A DNA stretch of 64,000 bases from Calditrichaceae bacterium (GCA_050173015.1 JBFXLE010000003.1:192001-256000); one strand, 5' to 3'; shown: positions 50,938 through 61,801, numbered from the stretch's first letter. Notes: a model not told the origin generated them from the sequence alone. Translations and numbers: made by a program.

Positions 50938-52530
50938 TTAAAATGGCTTTGTCAATCTGAATATGACCTCGATGGGCTCATTGTTCGTATCCAGTCTCTT
51001 CGCGAAGCTCAAACGGTATTCACCGGACCAGCTCGTAAGCGCTAAACCTATATCAGATTTTATATTGTTTATCGTGAGATTTGAGAATCCTTCATACCAT
51101 TTATCATCTTCCGGATTATTCACAAACCACGCCTTACCCATGTCAAAGAAAAGAATGTACCGCATCCTGTCTAAAAACAGTAAATTTGCCGATACTGTTT
51201 TCGGGCTGATATTGTATTCAAAATTGGCAAGTACCATCCGGTCACCCGCGTATTCCTTATGATCAAAACCGCGCAATGTGCTTAATCCGCCGATCTCATA
51301 CCACTTCTGTACCGGCAATTCGCCTTCCGATGACCCAATTTTCAGACGCATATCAAGCCGTTCATTGCCACCAAATTTTTGATAACGCCGCAGTTCAAAA
51401 ATATACTGATTAAAATAGAAATCACTTTCCAGATCAGAATTTGACATTTCCATTGAAACCAAACCATACCAGCCGCGCCGAGGAAGTTTTTTGTTATCAC
51501 GTGTGTCCAGATACAGTTCTCCGTAAATACTTCTCATGTTGCCTTCATTTATGAGAGGATTGGGCTGAAAATCTTTGTCCCCGCCAAAAAGGGCCCAGTT
51601 CGTATTTCTTTTAACGGATTCATAATCATCATTACGATAGGCCAGCGTACCCTTAAAAAAAATGGAGATATTTTGACTCATATGAAATTCATAACCCGTG
51701 CGTCGAAAATAATCCTGGAAATCTTCATGTATCAGGAAAGACGCGAGACTGTTTTCCATTGGGGTGATCAGCCAGTCATCTTTTGTATCAGTCAAATCAT
51801 GCACCTTGGCGCCAATTTCAAAACGGTAATCTTTTTGGTTGATCAGCCAGCGGTCCACTCCGATTTCGTAACGCCATTTTTTTTCTTTAAAACCATATCC
51901 TCCAAATCCGTGCATGGAAAAATATCTGTTTTTACCACTGATCTTTTTGGGAACTCCTAGTCCCAGGAAAACGCCCTGAACTCGATTATACCGCAGGATG
52001 AACTCATCATCCCAGCCTCCTAAAGGCAACGTACTGTATGAACCGTAAAATCGCCTCGACCAGTTCCAGTCCCACCAGTCATCATTACCCACATCATACT
52101 CATCATCCCATTCAGTGCGGGGGAAAAGATTTTTTGCCCGGGTTTCGACCTGATTACCGGTAATCGTACTCTTTTCATCTTGATAAATACGGCCGTTTAT
52201 GCTGGTCACATTCCCGTAGATTCTTCCTGTCTGACCGGTTCGCACATCCCCCAGAATCACAACCACATCGCCGTTGACCTGACCGTTTACGGATAAATTG
52301 CCCTTTACGACCACTACATTTCCGTCAATAGTGTCGTCTTCTGCGATAACCTTGTCGTCTGTATAGCGGTATTCGTCTCTTGTTTCATCGCTTAAATACT
52401 TCTCTTTTGCCCGTTTTTCAACTTTGTTAATATTTGGAATATCTTCATCGAAATCCTGTGTATAGCCGGTCCCATAACAGAAAAAAACCACTGCAGTTAA
52501 TAAAAAAAGTCTTTTGGTTACAAAAAACAT
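50938..52530 (-). CDS. Omp85/BamA-TamA-like barrel with bactofilin-like beta-helical N-terminus, no POTRA
   Basis: GNVVVVKGNLSVNGQVNGDVVVILG repeats; RYNRVQG, LPRRGWY, IGGLSTLRGF, AGDRMVLANFEY, C-terminal Phe; start ATG 52530 after GGAGG. Confidence 0.75.
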   Translation of the reverse strand: MFFVTKRLFLLTAVVFFCYGTGYTQDFDEDIPNINKVEKRAKEKYLSDETRDEYRYTDDKVIAEDDTIDGNVVVVKGNLSVNGQVNGDVVVILGDVRTGQTGRIYGNVTSINGRIYQDEKSTITGNQVETRAKNLFPRTEWDDEYDVGNDDWWDWNWSRRFYGSYSTLPLGGWDDEFILRYNRVQGVFLGLGVPKKISGKNRYFSMHGFGGYGFKEKKWRYEIGVDRWLINQKDYRFEIGAKVHDLTDTKDDWLITPMENSLASFLIHEDFQDYFRRTGYEFHMSQNISIFFKGTLAYRNDDYESVKRNTNWALFGGDKDFQPNPLINEGNMRSIYGELYLDTRDNKKLPRRGWYGLVSMEMSNSDLESDFYFNQYIFELRRYQKFGGNERLDMRLKIGSSEGELPVQKWYEIGGLSTLRGFDHKEYAGDRMVLANFEYNISPKTVSANLLFLDRMRYILFFDMGKAWFVNNPEDDKWYEGFSNLTINNIKSDIGLALTSWSGEYRLSFAKRLDTNNEPIEVIFRLTKPF

Positions 52531-52577
52531 ATCTGCCTCCACAAAGATTGCGATATGGGTATTTTATTTCGTATAAG

Positions 52578-52605
52578 TTTACGCATGTTCATATAAAAAG
52601 TTACA
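52578..52605 (-). promoter_or_regulatory. ECF sigma factor-type promoter
   Basis: TGTAAC-N16-CGTAAA on the minus strand, matching the AAC-N16-CGT ECF consensus. Confidence 0.55.
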
Positions 52606-52762
52606 TTCACCTCCATTAATATGTACTTTTTACAAAATCGTGTGTGTGAATTTTGTGAATTGTTTTGATTTTCTTTTAAACCGCGTCATTTTTATTTTTT
52701 ATCAATCAATAAAAAACCTATTTTTAGAAATTCTAAAAAAATGCAAATCGTTAAAGGGAAGC

Positions 52763-53920
52763 ATGAATCTGTTAAAAAAAGACCCGATGTACAGATTTTT
52801 GATGGTACTTACAATTGCTTCGGTTTCCGGACTGCAAACATGGCGTACTCTGTTTAACAATTTCGCCGTTGATGTCGCTAATCTGGATGGCAATCATATA
52901 GGAATGATTCAGGCTTTCAGGGAAATACCTGGATTTCTGGCATTGCTCGCTATTTTTGTGATGCTGTTAATCCGGGAACATAAGCTTTCTGCTTTATCCA
53001 TCGTCATTCTTGGTGCGGGTGTGGCGCTGACAGGGTTTTTCCCTTCCTATTCGGGTCTGCTCATAACTACAGTCGTAATGAGTTTTGGATTTCATTACTA
53101 TGAAACCACCAATCAATCGCTTACATTGCAGTATTTTGACGCCGATACTTCGCCTTGGGTTTTTGGCAAGCTCCGAAGCCTGGCGGCGGCATCCAATATC
53201 GCCGTAGGCGTCATCATATATCTTATCTCGCCGATTTTATCGTTTCTTCAATTATTTCTGCTGATTGGAGGCATCATCGTTTTGATGGGATTGTGGGGTA
53301 TAAATCAAAATCCCGTAAAAGAAAACATAATTCCTCAGCGAAAAAAAATCGCTTTCAGAAAAAAATACTCACTATATTATTTTTTAACGTTCATGGCCGG
53401 AGCGCGCAGACAGATTTTTGTGGCTTTCGCGGTTTTTCTGCTTGTAAAAAAGTTTAACTACACGGTCCGGGAAGTCACAATATTGTTTATTATTAACAAT
53501 ATTATAAACTTTTTTTTAAGCCCGGCCATCGGAAAGGCGATAATCCGATATGGTGAACGTAAAGTATTGTCATTGGAATATTTTAGCCTGATTTTTATTT
53601 TTATTGCCTATGCTCTGACAGAATCAAAATTACTGGTGGCGGGGTTGTATATCCTTGATCATATTTTCTTCAACTTTGCCATTGCCATCCGGACCTATTT
53701 TCAAAAAGTGGGTGATCCCGCCGATATCGCGTCCGGGATGGCAGTAGGTTTTACCGTGAACCACATCGCGGCGGTCTTTATACCTGTTTTAGGTGGGCTG
53801 TTGTGGATGATTGATTATAGAATTCCGTTTCTGGCGGGCGCTTTCATGAGTGTAATTTCACTAACCGCCGCGCAATTCATAAACGCAGATGCGCGAAAAA
53901 TTGAACAGGTTTCCGTATGA
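52763..53920 (+). CDS. MFS transporter
   Basis: About 12 TM helices; REIPGFLAL, GARRQIF, NHIAAV; start ATG 52763 after AAGGGA. Confidence 0.85.
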   Translation: MNLLKKDPMYRFLMVLTIASVSGLQTWRTLFNNFAVDVANLDGNHIGMIQAFREIPGFLALLAIFVMLLIREHKLSALSIVILGAGVALTGFFPSYSGLLITTVVMSFGFHYYETTNQSLTLQYFDADTSPWVFGKLRSLAAASNIAVGVIIYLISPILSFLQLFLLIGGIIVLMGLWGINQNPVKENIIPQRKKIAFRKKYSLYYFLTFMAGARRQIFVAFAVFLLVKKFNYTVREVTILFIINNIINFFLSPAIGKAIIRYGERKVLSLEYFSLIFIFIAYALTESKLLVAGLYILDHIFFNFAIAIRTYFQKVGDPADIASGMAVGFTVNHIAAVFIPVLGGLLWMIDYRIPFLAGAFMSVISLTAAQFINADARKIEQVSV

Positions 53921-54088
53921 TTCAAATGAATTGGGCAATTACGCCAAAACCGGAAATTTGAAACTATTGAAACAAAATTTGCGTTCATCAAAAAGCATAT
54001 GTCGATTGACGCGATGCTAAGACGTTTTGAAATTTAGAACATTTATTCAGAGTTGTAATTTAAGAATCACATATACAGGAAGAACTCA

Positions 54089-56104
54089 ATGAAAAAAACT
54101 GGTTATATTCTGATTTTTATTCTCAGCGCCGGAGTTTTATTTGCAAATCCCTCGTCAAACACAGATTTGCGCTTCAAGACTCTCCGGCCGGAATCTTTCC
54201 ATCCGCGTGTGGAACAACTTACAACGCATCTGTTAATGAGAAATCATTACAAAAAAACCACGCTTGATGATTCGTTATCTTCCAAGATATTTGACGAATA
54301 TATTAAAACACTTGACTTTAACCGAAGTCATTTTCTTTCGTCGGATATCGAGAAATTTGAAAAATACAGATATCTTTTTGACGATTTTCTTCAGGACGGA
54401 AATTTAGACGTGCCTTTTGAAATCTTTAATCAGTTTCAGATGAGATTAGACAACCGTATGGAATACGCGTTAAAACGTCTGCATGAAAATTTTGATTTTA
54501 CCATAGACGAAGATTATTACCCGGACCGCGAAAATGCCCCATGGGCCGAAAACGAGGAGCAGCTCAATAACATTTGGGACAAGAGATTAAAATCGGAAGC
54601 GCTTAATTTAAAAATAACCGGTAAGGACTGGGATTCAATTGTTGAAATCCTGGAAAAAAGATATAAAAATATCCGGAATATGTTGAGTAAATATCAAAGT
54701 GAAGATGTCTTTCAATTGTACATGAATTCCTTCGCGGCGACACTGGATCCTCATACCAATTATTTCTCACCGAAAGCAAGCGATGATTTTAAAATTCAGA
54801 TGAGTCTCTCTTTAGAGGGAATAGGCGCGGTACTCAGAAATGATAATGATTATACCCAGGTTGTTGAAATCGTTCCCGGAGGTCCGGCTGACAAGACAGG
54901 CCGCTTGCACCCGAACGACCGGATTACAGGAGTCGCGCAGGATACAGACGGTGAAATGGTAGATGTGATCGGTTGGCGCGTTGATGATGTGGTCCAGCTT
55001 ATTCGTGGGCCTAAAGCATCAACGGTACGACTCCAGGTTCTGCCGGTAGATGCCGATCCGCACGCTCCGCCGATTACCGTTAAAATCGTACGCGATAAGA
55101 TCAAACTTGAAGACCGCGCCGCAAAAAGCGATACATTGGAATTAATGCATAATGGCAAGCCTTTTCGATTGGGAATAATTGATATTCCCGCGTTTTACTT
55201 TGACTACGAAGCTCAGCAACGGGGAGACAAATCCTACAAAAGCACTACACGTGATGTTGAGCGCCTGATAAATGAACTTAAATCTGCCGGTATCGACGGG
55301 CTAATCATAGATTTGAGAAAAAACGGGGGCGGTTTTTTGAGCGAAGCGGTGGAATTAAGCGGATTATTTATTAAGGACGGCCCCGTTGTCCAGGTTCGTG
55401 ATTCCGGGGGAATGGTAAAGGTCGAGAGGGATATGGATCCTCAGATTGCCTATGACGGTCCTTTGGCGGTAATCGTGGATCAGTTTAGCGCGTCCGCATC
55501 TGAAATCTTCGCGGCTGCAATTCAGGATTACGGCCGCGGAATTGTTCTCGGCAGCCAAACTTTTGGCAAAGGAACGGTTCAAAACGCGATCGATCTCAAC
55601 CGGTTTTTCCCCCATAGCCCAACAAAATACGGACAGTTAAAACTAACCATTGCAAAATTTTACCGGATCAATGGCGGAAGCACGCAGCATATAGGTGTTT
55701 TACCGGATATTACTCTGCCAAGCCGGTATAAACATGAAGAAATAGGGGAAAGTTCTCAGCAGAACGCACTGCTCTGGGATAAAATATCTCCTGTGAACTA
55801 TCATGCTTATGGTTCTCAGATTGTGTCATTATTGCCCGAATTAAAAGTAAAGCATCAGATAAGAATAACCGATGATTCTGATTTCAAAAGCTTTATGGAT
55901 CAGATCGAAAAATACAAGAAAAAACGGGAACAAAAATCGGTGTCTTTAATGGAATCCAAACGGCTAAAGGAGATCGAAGAAGCCAAGTCCGGGAAAGATT
56001 CTGACAGTGATGATGAAGATGCGCCTTCTGATAAAAAAGACCTGATTCTTTTTGAATCAGCTCATATTTTAAGCGATTATATTTTACTTTCTCATACAAA
56101 TTAA
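54089..56104 (+). CDS. prc: Carboxy-terminal processing (tail-specific) protease, S41A
   Basis: LDPHTNY, PDZ LEGIGA, IIDLRKNGGG, SASASEI, FGKGTVQ, FYRINGGSTQ. Confidence 0.93.
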   Translation: MKKTGYILIFILSAGVLFANPSSNTDLRFKTLRPESFHPRVEQLTTHLLMRNHYKKTTLDDSLSSKIFDEYIKTLDFNRSHFLSSDIEKFEKYRYLFDDFLQDGNLDVPFEIFNQFQMRLDNRMEYALKRLHENFDFTIDEDYYPDRENAPWAENEEQLNNIWDKRLKSEALNLKITGKDWDSIVEILEKRYKNIRNMLSKYQSEDVFQLYMNSFAATLDPHTNYFSPKASDDFKIQMSLSLEGIGAVLRNDNDYTQVVEIVPGGPADKTGRLHPNDRITGVAQDTDGEMVDVIGWRVDDVVQLIRGPKASTVRLQVLPVDADPHAPPITVKIVRDKIKLEDRAAKSDTLELMHNGKPFRLGIIDIPAFYFDYEAQQRGDKSYKSTTRDVERLINELKSAGIDGLIIDLRKNGGGFLSEAVELSGLFIKDGPVVQVRDSGGMVKVERDMDPQIAYDGPLAVIVDQFSASASEIFAAAIQDYGRGIVLGSQTFGKGTVQNAIDLNRFFPHSPTKYGQLKLTIAKFYRINGGSTQHIGVLPDITLPSRYKHEEIGESSQQNALLWDKISPVNYHAYGSQIVSLLPELKVKHQIRITDDSDFKSFMDQIEKYKKKREQKSVSLMESKRLKEIEEAKSGKDSDSDDEDAPSDKKDLILFESAHILSDYILLSHTN

Positions 56105-56106
56105 TG

Positions 56107-56136
56107 ATAAAACCGCTGACCTCCCGGCGGTTTTAT
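56107..56136. terminator. Bidirectional terminator between prc and ogt
   Basis: ATAAAACCGC...GCGGTTTTAT. Confidence 0.75.
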
Positions 56137-56145
56137 TTATCCGTT

Positions 56146-56619
56146 TCAGATCAGAATGGCTTTTTCATGTCTGAGAAGCCATTCTTTTCGATGGATGCCA
56201 CCGGCGTATCCAATTAATTTTCCGTCAGTTCCGATCACCCGGTGACAGGGAATAATTATTGCAATGGGATTCTTTTTATTAGCGAGACCCACCGCGCGGA
56301 CAGCTCCCTTGTCTCCAAGGCGCAACGCTATATCCGAATATGATACCGTCTTCCCGTATGGGATTTCTGTTAATTTTTCCCATACTCTCTTTTGAAATTG
56401 AGTTCCCCGCGGATCCAATTCCAAATCAAAATCATGACGCATACCTGAAAAATACTGATTCAACTGATCAATCGTTTTTTCAATTACCCGGTTTGACTTT
56501 TCCGGTCCGGGTGTCGTCGCTTCATTGACAAATTCCAGGCTAATCAGGGCGTTATCCGATGCTGATATTCTAAGAATACCGATCGCTGACTGATAATTTG
56601 CTGAATATATATTTTCCAT
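56146..56619 (-). CDS. ogt: Methylated-DNA-protein-cysteine methyltransferase
   Basis: GTQFQKRVW, IPYG.TVSY, RAVG, IIPCHRVIG. Confidence 0.96.
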   Translation of the reverse strand: MENIYSANYQSAIGILRISASDNALISLEFVNEATTPGPEKSNRVIEKTIDQLNQYFSGMRHDFDLELDPRGTQFQKRVWEKLTEIPYGKTVSYSDIALRLGDKGAVRAVGLANKKNPIAIIIPCHRVIGTDGKLIGYAGGIHRKEWLLRHEKAILI

Positions 56620-56649
56620 TGCGGTTAATATACATGATTCGGGATTTTA

Positions 56650-57927
56650 TTACGATTCTTTTCTTTCGATTTCCCTGATTTTAAAATAAAGCGCGACAAC
56701 AAGTAAAGTAATTATGGTCGTGGCGAATCCCAATCCCATTCTTCTCGTTTTACTTTCCTTTATTTCTGAATCAGCAAGAATGATTGCATCCCGTGATTTT
56801 TTTATTCCTTCTCCTGTTTTCCGGCCGATCCGGACCGGATCAAACGTATGCACCAAGGTTCTGGCTTCTATCAGACTCTGATGCGCTTCCTGGAGAAGAA
56901 AGGCGATATCCACATCATCCATACCGATTTTTTGAACTTCTCGCATTTTTGTTTCGGCCGAATCATACGCGCTTGTTGTACGGGTAAGATGCTCATGAAT
57001 TTTTTGGGCTGATATATATCCGGCGTCTCCTTTTGTATGGCAATTCACACAAACAGATTCGGCCCCGACACCCGCCATGGCATCCGAAGTCTTTTCGATT
57101 TTATGATTTCCATGGCATTCTTCGCAGGCATGAAGCTGCAGATTATCAAACTCAGTTGCCATTTTTGATGATGAAAAGTATTGCATGTTATTTACATGAC
57201 AGAGCCCGCAAACATGACTGATTGAGGAAATACCGGGCGGCATGGCGCCATGATTTCCGTGACAGTCGTTGCACGACGGCGCTCCTGTATCCTGATTTTC
57301 CAGAAGCGCTTTGCCATGAACACTGCCCGCAAAATCAGCATATTGGTTTACCGGAATTTTATATTCCTTCATATACTCCGCGTTGCCATGGCATGTATTG
57401 CAGGTCTCCGGTACATTCAGAGCGTAAACCCATGAACGCGAATCGTCAACCGCGAAAATGGAATGAGCGCTGTGACAGCTTACACAATCAGCGACTTTTT
57501 TGTCCCCCTTCTTAAGTTTCTGGCCGTGGATGCTTGTATAATATTGCGCGACCTGGTCTGTTGGGCTTTGCGGTTTATATTTTCTCATAAATTCTATTTC
57601 TGAATGGCACCTGCCGCAAAAATTAGGAATATTTTTCTTGTCCGGGACTCCCCGGTACCCGGCCTTATTTGACATCGCATCGTCCATATCTTCCTTTGAA
57701 GGATCTCCGCCGTGACATCCGGAGCAGGATAATCCTAATTGCAGGTGAATATCTTTTAAATTATAATCTTCAGGTAAGACCTCCGATTCAATATGGCATT
57801 TGACGCACTGATCATCACTAATCTTAACCAAAACATCCTGTGTGTATAAATGCTGATTCATCAGAACCACAAGGAATATCAAAAAGTGTATACAAATAGC
57901 GGTTCGTTTATAAAATAAATGCATCAT
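56650..57927 (-). CDS. Nonaheme cytochrome c with C-terminal membrane anchor
   Basis: Nine CxxCH motifs (CVKCH, CSGCH, CGRCH, CVSCH, CNTCH, CNDCH, CGLCH, CEECH, CVNCH); signal peptide; C-terminal TM; start could be 57939, 57927 or 57924. Confidence 0.9.
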   Translation of the reverse strand: MMHLFYKRTAICIHFLIFLVVLMNQHLYTQDVLVKISDDQCVKCHIESEVLPEDYNLKDIHLQLGLSCSGCHGGDPSKEDMDDAMSNKAGYRGVPDKKNIPNFCGRCHSEIEFMRKYKPQSPTDQVAQYYTSIHGQKLKKGDKKVADCVSCHSAHSIFAVDDSRSWVYALNVPETCNTCHGNAEYMKEYKIPVNQYADFAGSVHGKALLENQDTGAPSCNDCHGNHGAMPPGISSISHVCGLCHVNNMQYFSSSKMATEFDNLQLHACEECHGNHKIEKTSDAMAGVGAESVCVNCHTKGDAGYISAQKIHEHLTRTTSAYDSAETKMREVQKIGMDDVDIAFLLQEAHQSLIEARTLVHTFDPVRIGRKTGEGIKKSRDAIILADSEIKESKTRRMGLGFATTIITLLVVALYFKIREIERKES

Positions 57928-57935
57928 CTCGCTCC

Positions 57936-59018
57936 TCATACTAAATATCCGTATATGGTCAGGGAGACAATATAGATTATCGCTATGCCGCCGATGGCCA
58001 TAATCAATCTGCGATGTTTTCTCGAATTGGATGAAAAGCCGAAAAACGGCAACAATAACCAGATAAAAGCTATGACCGCAAAAAACATAACCCCTACGAT
58101 TTCCCCCTCAACAAACCAGATATGTGCCGGCAAAACCTTTAAAGTTTGGAACATGAACATAAAATACCACTCCGGTCGGATGCCTTCGGGCGCCGGCGCG
58201 AACGCGTCAGCCTTCTGACCGAGCTCCCATGGAAAAAAAACAGCAAGAAATAAAAGAATGTCCAGAACAACTAACCATAACAGCGCGTCTCTCAGAAAAA
58301 AATTTGGGAAGAACGCGATGGTTTTTTTCTTCGAATCAGGCAGATTTTTGTAAAAATCCGGTTCATGCATTCCCTGTCTTTGAACAAATAAAAGATGAAT
58401 GCCGAGAAATATTGTAAAAATCGCCGGTATCAAAGCAACATGAAAACCATAGAAACGAAGCAGCGTTGCCCCGGTTACATCTTCTCCGCCACGTAAAACG
58501 ATTTTTGCGGCATTTCCGATAAGCGGCATGGCGCCGACAATATCTGTCCCTACTTTGGTCGCGAAAAATGCCAATTCATTCCATGGCAACAGATATCCGC
58601 TGAATCCGAATCCCATCACCAGAATCAACATGATAAAACCGGTCACCCATGTCAACTCACGGGGCTTTTGAAAAGCGCCTGTAAAAAAGGTACTGAACAT
58701 ATGGATGAACACAAATAACACCATCAGATTTGCCGACCAGCTGTGTATCGATCTCACCAGCCAGCCGAAATTTACTTTAATCATCAAAAATCTCACACTC
58801 TCAAACGCGCTGTCCACACCCGGCTGATAATACAGGAGCAGCAAAATTCCTGAGAAAACCTGTACGATAAATAAAAAGAGAGATACACCTCCCATATAGT
58901 ACCAAATACTATGGCGGTGAACGGGAACCCGTTTATGTTTCATATAATCCACAAGCGGACTCAGTGTGTATCTTTCATCCAGCCATTTAAAAAAACTGTT
59001 TATATTTTTATTCCCCAT
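57936..59018 (-). CDS. Cytochrome b of a Rieske/cyt b complex (b6-like and subunit IV-like parts fused)
   Basis: Four heme-ligand His (RSIHSW..IHM; GFH..GIHL), KPRELTW, GYLLPW, PEWY; start ATG 59018. Confidence 0.93.
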   Translation of the reverse strand: MGNKNINSFFKWLDERYTLSPLVDYMKHKRVPVHRHSIWYYMGGVSLFLFIVQVFSGILLLLYYQPGVDSAFESVRFLMIKVNFGWLVRSIHSWSANLMVLFVFIHMFSTFFTGAFQKPRELTWVTGFIMLILVMGFGFSGYLLPWNELAFFATKVGTDIVGAMPLIGNAAKIVLRGGEDVTGATLLRFYGFHVALIPAIFTIFLGIHLLFVQRQGMHEPDFYKNLPDSKKKTIAFFPNFFLRDALLWLVVLDILLFLAVFFPWELGQKADAFAPAPEGIRPEWYFMFMFQTLKVLPAHIWFVEGEIVGVMFFAVIAFIWLLLPFFGFSSNSRKHRRLIMAIGGIAIIYIVSLTIYGYLV

Positions 59019-59019
59019 A

Positions 59020-59457
59020 TCAACCTGCCTTCGGAATGGAAATAACGATCTCATCCTTGATAAGATTTACGGTGAGTTCGTCCAGCGGTCTCGGAGGCGG
59101 CCCCGATATATTTCTTCCGCGCAAATCATAATGTCCGTTATGACAGGCGCACCAGATATGTTTCAAATCGGTGCGATACTGAACAATACAATCAAGATGG
59201 GTACATGTCGCGGCGAAGGCGCGGAATTCGCCGGACTCAAGACGAATAAGAATGACCGGTTTCCTGCCGAATTTGATGATCTTGCTGCTGTTCTTCGGAA
59301 ATTCAGAAATCATTCCGGCCTTAACCGAGTTGACATTGGCCTCCGGTACTTTCGGCGGTTTTAGATATGAAGTGATCGGGTAAAATATGCTGCCAAGCCA
59401 TGCAAGAAAACTTCCTCCGATCAGAATATTCAAAAACTTTCGTCGATCAGTAGCCAT
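59020..59457 (-). CDS. Rieske [2Fe-2S] subunit
   Basis: Tat motif DRRKFL; CTHLDC and [15 protein letters not shown]. Confidence 0.95.
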   Translation of the reverse strand: MATDRRKFLNILIGGSFLAWLGSIFYPITSYLKPPKVPEANVNSVKAGMISEFPKNSSKIIKFGRKPVILIRLESGEFRAFAATCTHLDCIVQYRTDLKHIWCACHNGHYDLRGRNISGPPPRPLDELTVNLIKDEIVISIPKAG

Positions 59458-59590
59458 ATTTTTTCCTTACTCCTATGGATTTACAGAATATTGATAAAAT
59501 CTCCCTAATTCAGTCTGACCCGCTCCATAATTTTTGTTTCCTATTATTTCAATAAGCATATCCGTTAATTTCATGAATAATATATTTTCT

Positions 59591-61243
59591 TCAACTTGTT
59601 TTTAGCTTTCCCGGCTCCCCTCTTGCTCTGATTCTGGTATAAATAATCGATATGGCAATCAGAACAAGTCCAAGCACTATAAATGAGACTATTCTATAAA
59701 CAGGCTCAAGTTTTACAATACCTATGATAAAAACATACATGATGGTCAACGCGAGTGTCATCACAGCCATCCATCGGTATTTTCTGTTGTTTAAAATAAG
59801 ACTCATGATATAGTAGAATATGGCTACAAGCACCCAAGACAGACTCACAAATCCTGTCGGAACCGCATGGTAAAGCGCGTACGGGAAAATGATAAAAGCC
59901 GCGCCCAAATATGTAATTCTCATTCGTTCGGTCTTGATCTCAAGACGATGCCTCTGCCAGTTCATAACTCTCGCGCTGAGAAGCGCGACAACACCAAAAC
60001 TCAGACTGATGGCAATGACCTCATCTGCATTCAGTACATAGCCGAGAAATATCAAAAGATAGATGATAAAATTTGCTATGATAATGATCCTTGACCTGAA
60101 CCAGATAGCGGCGACAACAACAACAAGACTTTGCCAGCTCAACCAGAGAAAATAGGCCGGTTTGTCAAACTGAGATATAATTGCCGTACTCATCGCGGCA
60201 AATCCAAGGATCGAGTAAAGGAATGTTGAATACTTGCTCTCCTCTCGCAGCCAGAAAACCACACCAAGAGACAAAAAGACCAATGTTGCCACGAGATGAT
60301 ATTCCGGAAGGTTCAATTTAATACCTGCCATTGTGATCAAAAGGAACAGTGTATAACCTCCGAGACAGTTTAAAAAAGTGCTCAGAATTAAGCGGTCATC
60401 CTCTTTTTCTTCCTTACTTCTGAAAATATTTCCGCTTGCGAAAATTATGGCGTAAAGAAGTATGAATAATACATTTATGACAGGTGAATCAACCAGTTGA
60501 ATTTTATTCCCCATAAAGGGGTTATTAATAAACCATATAAAGTGAGTCAGATAGGTAAGAAAAATTCCCAATAGATAAATACTTTGCCGATGATGTCTGA
60601 TTTTATAATAAACCGCGATTGCCGACATGAGCACAAGTATGGTAAAAATCTGATAAGGTTCATCGCTCACAATAGCCGTGACATATCCAAGCGCCAATCC
60701 CAGACCGGTAAGAAAAACAGAATCACGTTTTGTCGAAGTTATAAGCACGATGGCCACAACCGCAAGCAGTAAGGCAAGAACAATCGTTTCATTGTTAATT
60801 CCCGGTTGTTCGGTAAAGAAGAAAAGACGCAGCGTTGAGAAATACAGTAGCACCAGAGCTCCGCCAAGGAAGTATTGAGAAATAAACGGAAGAGATTTTC
60901 TTGTATAATGTGAAAATCCGAAAAATCCCACGACAATCAGATACCCGGCAATACTGGGAAGAATGGCAGGGAGATTTTGATATGGGAAGGTCAGTAAAAA
61001 CACGATACCCAGCGCGAGAACGATAATACCTATTTTTGCAAACCAGAACTGACCGATCTGAAATTCCAGGTTGTCACTTTCTTCCTCGGTCCGGGCAAGG
61101 ATAACTTTCTCCGATTCCAATACTTCAGCTTCAGTGGGAGTGATCGCCAGATATGATTCTATTTTTGTGATTCGCTCTTCCAGGCGATCCAACTGTTTTT
61201 TGATTCCGGCGAGCCCCGGAGTGCGGCCTTTTGGCTGTTCCAT
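59591..61243 (-). CDS. DUF2339-like polytopic membrane protein
   Basis: N-terminal coil RLEERITKIE, LEFQIGQFWFAKIGI, many TM helices, YRIVSFIVLG; start ATG 61243 after AGGAGA. Confidence 0.75.
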   Translation of the reverse strand: MEQPKGRTPGLAGIKKQLDRLEERITKIESYLAITPTEAEVLESEKVILARTEEESDNLEFQIGQFWFAKIGIIVLALGIVFLLTFPYQNLPAILPSIAGYLIVVGFFGFSHYTRKSLPFISQYFLGGALVLLYFSTLRLFFFTEQPGINNETIVLALLLAVVAIVLITSTKRDSVFLTGLGLALGYVTAIVSDEPYQIFTILVLMSAIAVYYKIRHHRQSIYLLGIFLTYLTHFIWFINNPFMGNKIQLVDSPVINVLFILLYAIIFASGNIFRSKEEKEDDRLILSTFLNCLGGYTLFLLITMAGIKLNLPEYHLVATLVFLSLGVVFWLREESKYSTFLYSILGFAAMSTAIISQFDKPAYFLWLSWQSLVVVVAAIWFRSRIIIIANFIIYLLIFLGYVLNADEVIAISLSFGVVALLSARVMNWQRHRLEIKTERMRITYLGAAFIIFPYALYHAVPTGFVSLSWVLVAIFYYIMSLILNNRKYRWMAVMTLALTIMYVFIIGIVKLEPVYRIVSFIVLGLVLIAISIIYTRIRARGEPGKLKTS

Positions 61244-61801
61244 GAGCTTTCTCCTTGAATTTATTCGACGAATTATTGCTATATTTTCATCCAAAACACC
61301 GATTCGGGGAACCGGAAAATCAATTATCCGAACATAAGATAATTTGCTGGGGGCTCGGGAAAAACTGAAACTCGCCCGCTGTTAACTGATATTTCCCGAT
61401 ATCGTGTACTATTGCGCCCGGAATAAAAAATTGAATACTGTCAGACTGCTGACAATTAAAAATCAGATACCCGTGGAGATTGCGTAGGACTAACTGAGAG
61501 ATGATGAGTTTGTATTTTCAATGGAATTACAGGTAAGCCGGAAAAATTTGATAGAGTAATTCAAAAGAGATATGCTCTCATTGTTCCCCCCGCCTTGAAT
61601 AGCATTTTAACAATGATATTCAGATCAATAAAATGAACCTTCTTACACTTATTAAGATTTTAAACGATTCTACGCCGGTTGTCAATAAAAAAAATTATCT
61701 CCGGGTTATCGCGATAATTATGTTAAATCAGGTTGATTAATGCGATAAACCGGGGTATTCTCCCAAAATTATTAATTGATACACTCTAATAGTATTTATT
61801 A

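Noticed and set aside
53959-53985. TGAAAC-N17-CGTT upstream of prc as an ECF promoter
   Set aside because: Spacer one base longer than the usual consensus and region is AT-rich; too weak to call
61456-61581. Short minus-strand frame with in-frame TGA (MRAYLF*ITLS...) as a possible selenoprotein or readthrough peptide
   Set aside because: No SECIS-like hairpin or Cys-type context; expected by chance
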